The notes under the pieces are model-generated. The model saw only the letters and a program-made list of their open reading frames with translations, had not been told where the DNA came from and did no database searches. Shown in pieces: positions 60,700 through 64,000 of a DNA stretch of 64,000 nt. Origin of the DNA: Bacteroidales bacterium (GTDB lineage Bacteria > Bacteroidota > Bacteroidia > Bacteroidales > UBA932); the NCBI GenBank assembly GCA_024402095.1, contig JAKSJU010000001.1:21248-85247 (forward strand), read 5' to 3'. Every line of letters starts with the position of its first letter. Position 1 is the first letter of the stretch. The position numbers were made by a program, and so were the translations under genes.

Positions 60700-62442
60700 C
60701 TAAACTCTCACGGACATAATGGTGATATCGTCGTTCTGATCGTTGTCTCCGGTGAATGTCTTGATGGACTTGATAAGTTCCTCCACGAATTCTTCTGACG
60801 GAGTGTCAGGCTTGATGCTGCCGGAGAATTCGAGAAGTTTGTCTTCACCGTACTGGTTCTTGGCTGCATCTTCCGCTTCGGTTACACCGTCCGTGTAGAT
60901 GAGCAGTCGTGAACCCTTCTCGATAATCATACTCTCCTTCTCATACTGGAATTCATCGAATACGCCGGCTGCCAGATTGGACTTGGCATGGATGTATTTC
61001 GCTTCACCGGTAGGCGAAATGATGACGATAGGGTTGTGTCCGGCATTACAGAATACCAGCTCGCGCGTGTCAAGATCGATACGTCCCACGAACATTGTGA
61101 TGAACATGTTGCTCTCGTTTCCGGAGCAGAATGAACTGTTGATGCAGGAAACGATGCTGCTGGTGCTCATCGACATTTCTGATACATAATGGAAGAGAGA
61201 ACGGGAGATCGCCATATACAGTGCGGCAGGTACACCCTTTCCGGAAACGTCTCCGACAGCGAAATAAACTGTCCTTCCCGCACGGAGGAAGTCATACATG
61301 TCTCCACCGACTTCCTTGGCCGGGATCAGTTTGGCGAACAGATCCACGTCTGCGTCATTGATGAAATCGGTACTCAGCATCTGCTGCTGAATCTTGCTGG
61401 CGATGGCGAGCTCGCTCTCAAAGCGCTCATTAGCCGCCGTTGTCGTCCTCAATTGTGAAATATAGTCATTGATTGACCTAAGCATGTTCCTGAGTGCTTC
61501 GTGCAGATGGAACATCTCGGTATTTCCCTTTACGTGTGGAATTTTAGCCTGGAAATTACCCTTAGCCACATTCTTGGCAAGGTAGGTGACTTCCGTAAGA
61601 GGAGTAATGGTGCGGCTGATGATCTTCTGTGTGATAAAGTAAAGCACTATGAGGTCTCCAATAGCGATAAGCAGGAGAAGCAACTGGAATTTGATAACCC
61701 CTCCGAGCAGTTCGTCCCCAGGACATACGATCGCTGCGGACCATCCGTTGCTGATGGGACCGTATATTGCTATTGACTTTGTGGATTTGAGAGTGATGTA
61801 TCCTGTCTCCCCGGAAGTCATTTTCTCTGAGAGGTCACTGAAACTCTGGTCATTCCTCATCTCTGCGACGTCGGAAAGTCTGGAGAGCATGAAATTGTCA
61901 TCAGGATGGCTGAGTGTCAGGCCTCCCTTGCTGACTATGGTGTAATAGGAATTCTCATAGAAATCCTCCCTCTCGAGCCTCTCGTTGATGCCGGAAAGAA
62001 GAATGTTGATCTTTACTTCTCCGAACTGGTTACCTTCACTGTCGGTAAGAGGGGCGGAATAAGTTGTGATGTTTCCGTATTTTTCTGATTTGTAAGGTTC
62101 GCTCCAATTCTCATGGGTGATTTCATCACCGAGAACGATTTCTATACCTGCAATCATAGGGTTGAAGGCAAGAGCCTTGCTTTCAACCTCGGCGGCTCTG
62201 GCTTCGTCGTCATGCCGGCCGTCCATCTCCCATGAAACGAAATCCTTGACGGTGCGTACTTCGTCGATGATGCCCTCGACGTCCTTGACGTAGGCGTTGA
62301 TGGAACTGTTGATGGTCTTGGTTGCTGTTTTGGAGACGGTCTTTCCCGCAAAAACAATAATTCCCAGAATTCCTCCGAGAATAAGGATTGAGCTGGCTAA
62401 CAAAATCTTTTTAGAAAGCTCGCCTGAAATGGATTTACTCAT
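60700..62442 (-). CDS. Membrane sensor Ser/Thr phosphatase (Cache-HAMP-SpoIIE/PP2C)
   Basis: Two TM segments flank a Cache-like region (WSEPY), then HAMP, VGGDMYD, GDVSGKG, NAGHNP, YTDGVTEA, DDIT. Confidence 0.9.
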   Translation of the reverse strand: MSKSISGELSKKILLASSILILGGILGIIVFAGKTVSKTATKTINSSINAYVKDVEGIIDEVRTVKDFVSWEMDGRHDDEARAAEVESKALAFNPMIAGIEIVLGDEITHENWSEPYKSEKYGNITTYSAPLTDSEGNQFGEVKINILLSGINERLEREDFYENSYYTIVSKGGLTLSHPDDNFMLSRLSDVAEMRNDQSFSDLSEKMTSGETGYITLKSTKSIAIYGPISNGWSAAIVCPGDELLGGVIKFQLLLLLIAIGDLIVLYFITQKIISRTITPLTEVTYLAKNVAKGNFQAKIPHVKGNTEMFHLHEALRNMLRSINDYISQLRTTTAANERFESELAIASKIQQQMLSTDFINDADVDLFAKLIPAKEVGGDMYDFLRAGRTVYFAVGDVSGKGVPAALYMAISRSLFHYVSEMSMSTSSIVSCINSSFCSGNESNMFITMFVGRIDLDTRELVFCNAGHNPIVIISPTGEAKYIHAKSNLAAGVFDEFQYEKESMIIEKGSRLLIYTDGVTEAEDAAKNQYGEDKLLEFSGSIKPDTPSEEFVEELIKSIKTFTGDNDQNDDITIMSVRV

Positions 62443-62445
62443 AAT

Positions 62446-63342
62446 TTAGTTCTCCTTTTTTGCCGGCAGCTGAAGAGTCACCGCCTTGTCAATCAAATTA
62501 ATGTCAAAATGTCTGGATGCAACGAGTTCACCGTCCACACACAGGAATATAAGAGATTTGGATGAAATCTCGACGTGTCTTGCATTCTTGAATTTCATCC
62601 TTCTGCGGCAGAATGCGTTCTCAACGTGATGTCCGTCCTTGAAATGCCTGTACATCAACACGAAGGTAAGCAGCGTGGTGCTGCGGTTGACCTCTACGTC
62701 CATATGTCCGTCATCGATTTTTGCGTACGGCGCGCATTTGTAATTCTGTCCGTAATACGATGCGTTGGCTATCGTACAGAACATTGTAGTGCCTCTGGAC
62801 ATCTTCTCGCCGTCAACAATGATTTTGTAGTGGTTGAAGCGGTTGAAGATGACAGATCTGGCGGTACCTCTCAGATATGGCTTGTCCTTTCCTTCAAGAA
62901 TGTACCTTGCTCCGAAAAAGGCCGCCATGGAATCGAATCCCAGGTTGATTACATTGATGGCGTAATCATTGTTGCACTTTATGACATCGGACTGTACTGC
63001 TTCTCCATTGATCATATCCTTGACCGAGCGGAAATTCCTGTCCGGATAATTCAAAATGAAATTGTTTCCGGAACCATAGGCGAGAAGGGCGACTCTCTTG
63101 TTCTTGTAACCTATCACACCGTTCACAACCTCGCTGAATGTTCCGGTACCTCCGCAGGCGACGAAACAAATTTCATCCTCCTGATGGAAATCACAATATA
63201 TTTTCACGAAACGTGTGGCGTCACCCTCACTGAGGGTCTTGTACAGCTCATATTTAATGTTGACATCCTTGAGCTGGGACTTGACTTCATCCTCGATGAA
63301 GGCTTTGTCGGGGCGTCCGTTTATGACAAAAACATAATACAT
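62446..63342 (-). CDS. Diacylglycerol/lipid kinase family protein (variant motifs)
   Basis: FVING, ACGGTGT..EVVNG, GSGNN, GFDS, AN..YYG, DDG, VDGE. Start moved to ATG 63342. Confidence 0.78.
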   Translation of the reverse strand: MYYVFVINGRPDKAFIEDEVKSQLKDVNIKYELYKTLSEGDATRFVKIYCDFHQEDEICFVACGGTGTFSEVVNGVIGYKNKRVALLAYGSGNNFILNYPDRNFRSVKDMINGEAVQSDVIKCNNDYAINVINLGFDSMAAFFGARYILEGKDKPYLRGTARSVIFNRFNHYKIIVDGEKMSRGTTMFCTIANASYYGQNYKCAPYAKIDDGHMDVEVNRSTTLLTFVLMYRHFKDGHHVENAFCRRRMKFKNARHVEISSKSLIFLCVDGELVASRHFDINLIDKAVTLQLPAKKEN

Positions 63343-63430
63343 ACTAACCTCAAGATTAAATTGTACAAAGTTAATGATAATTTCCTGCATATCAGCACTT
63401 TTTTTCATAAATTTGCCTAAAGAAAAATTC

Positions 63431-63856
63431 ATGGATATGGAACCGCTTAAAGTATCCCCGGGAGAATGGGACGGTACCCTTCTGGGGGAGGTCAAGGCCG
63501 GCTTCCCGTCACCTGCGGAGGACTGCAGGGAGGAGTTCGACCTCAAGTCGCTTGTAGTGCGCCATCCGGCCGCGACTTTTTATTTCGTCGTGGACGGATG
63601 CTCGATGGTTGATGCCGGCATGGATGACGGGGATATCATAGTAGTGGACAAGAGTCTTGAGCCGTATGACGGTTGCAAGGCAATCTGCTATCTGGACGGC
63701 GGATATACGGTGAAAAAGGTCAGCCTCGGCGGAGACGGGATAACGTTGCTCCCGATGAACGGGGACTCCGGACGTTTCCGCCCGATAAAAGTGTCTCCGG
63801 AGGACCGCTTTACCGTCTGGGGAGTTGTCACTTACGTTATCAAAAAGATACGTTAG
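63431..63856 (+). CDS. umuD: DNA polymerase V subunit UmuD (S24 autopeptidase)
   Basis: Cleavage site KAGFPSPA, catalytic Ser in GCSM, Lys in TVKK, WGVVT. Start ATG 63431. Confidence 0.9.
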   Translation: MDMEPLKVSPGEWDGTLLGEVKAGFPSPAEDCREEFDLKSLVVRHPAATFYFVVDGCSMVDAGMDDGDIIVVDKSLEPYDGCKAICYLDGGYTVKKVSLGGDGITLLPMNGDSGRFRPIKVSPEDRFTVWGVVTYVIKKIR

Positions 63857-63858
63857 CG

Positions 63859-64000
63859 ATGTTCGCGCTGGCCGACTGCAACAATTTCTTTGTGTCCTGT
63901 GAGAGGGTTTTCCGACCGGAACTGAACGGAAAGCCCGTCATAGTGTTGTCGAACAATGACGGCTGCACGGTGGCCAGAAGCAATGAGGCCAAGGCCTTAG
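63859..64000 (+). CDS. umuC: Y-family DNA polymerase V subunit UmuC (3' truncated by window)
   Basis: Translated by hand: [47 protein letters not shown]. Confidence 0.92.
   Translation, partial: MFALADCNNFFVSCERVFRPELNGKPVIVLSNNDGCTVARSNEAKAL

Noticed and set aside
63343-63546. Apparent overlap of the DAGK-like and umuD ORFs
   Set aside because: Realistic starts are 63342 and 63431, and the spacer holds divergent -7 elements.
63431-64000. umuDC as the edge of an ICE or prophage
   Set aside because: No mobility genes or compositional shift are visible in the window, although this cannot be excluded beyond the right edge.

Overview
This is a gene-dense core chromosomal segment of a Bacteroidales bacterium. 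The assignment is inferred from TAnnTTTG/TTTG promoters, absence of Shine-Dalgarno sites at most genes, and Bacteroidota-type bS21, bS22, Hc1, DAHP/CM and GlnA proteins. About 68 CDS cover translation (rpsU, rplU, rpmA, rplY, serS, tyrS, trpS, pth, rbfA, rlmN, rsmI), DNA repair and recombination (ruvC, ung, xerD, recX, recA, rnhA, umuD, umuC), envelope functions (beta-barrel OMP, PASTA protein, DUF4105/Lnb-like, LolE-like, PlpD-like patatin, rfbDACB, amidase-FN3, MsbA-like ABC) and metabolism. I saw no tRNA, rRNA, CRISPR array, IS or prophage. Two small genes missing from the ORF track were recovered: bS22 (18171-18260) and an Hc1 histone-like protein (28729-28905). Best leads: a stand-alone Mom/GNAT-like protein behind rnhA-pdxA; a lone strong SD at rpsU; structured leaders before rplU and rplY; a candidate 3'-UTR sRNA behind hc1; and several enzyme-family members with substituted active sites (PMI-like, M28-like, and a DAGK-like protein coupled to a Cache-HAMP-PP2C sensor). 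All calls come from motif recognition by eye, and no database searches were run.
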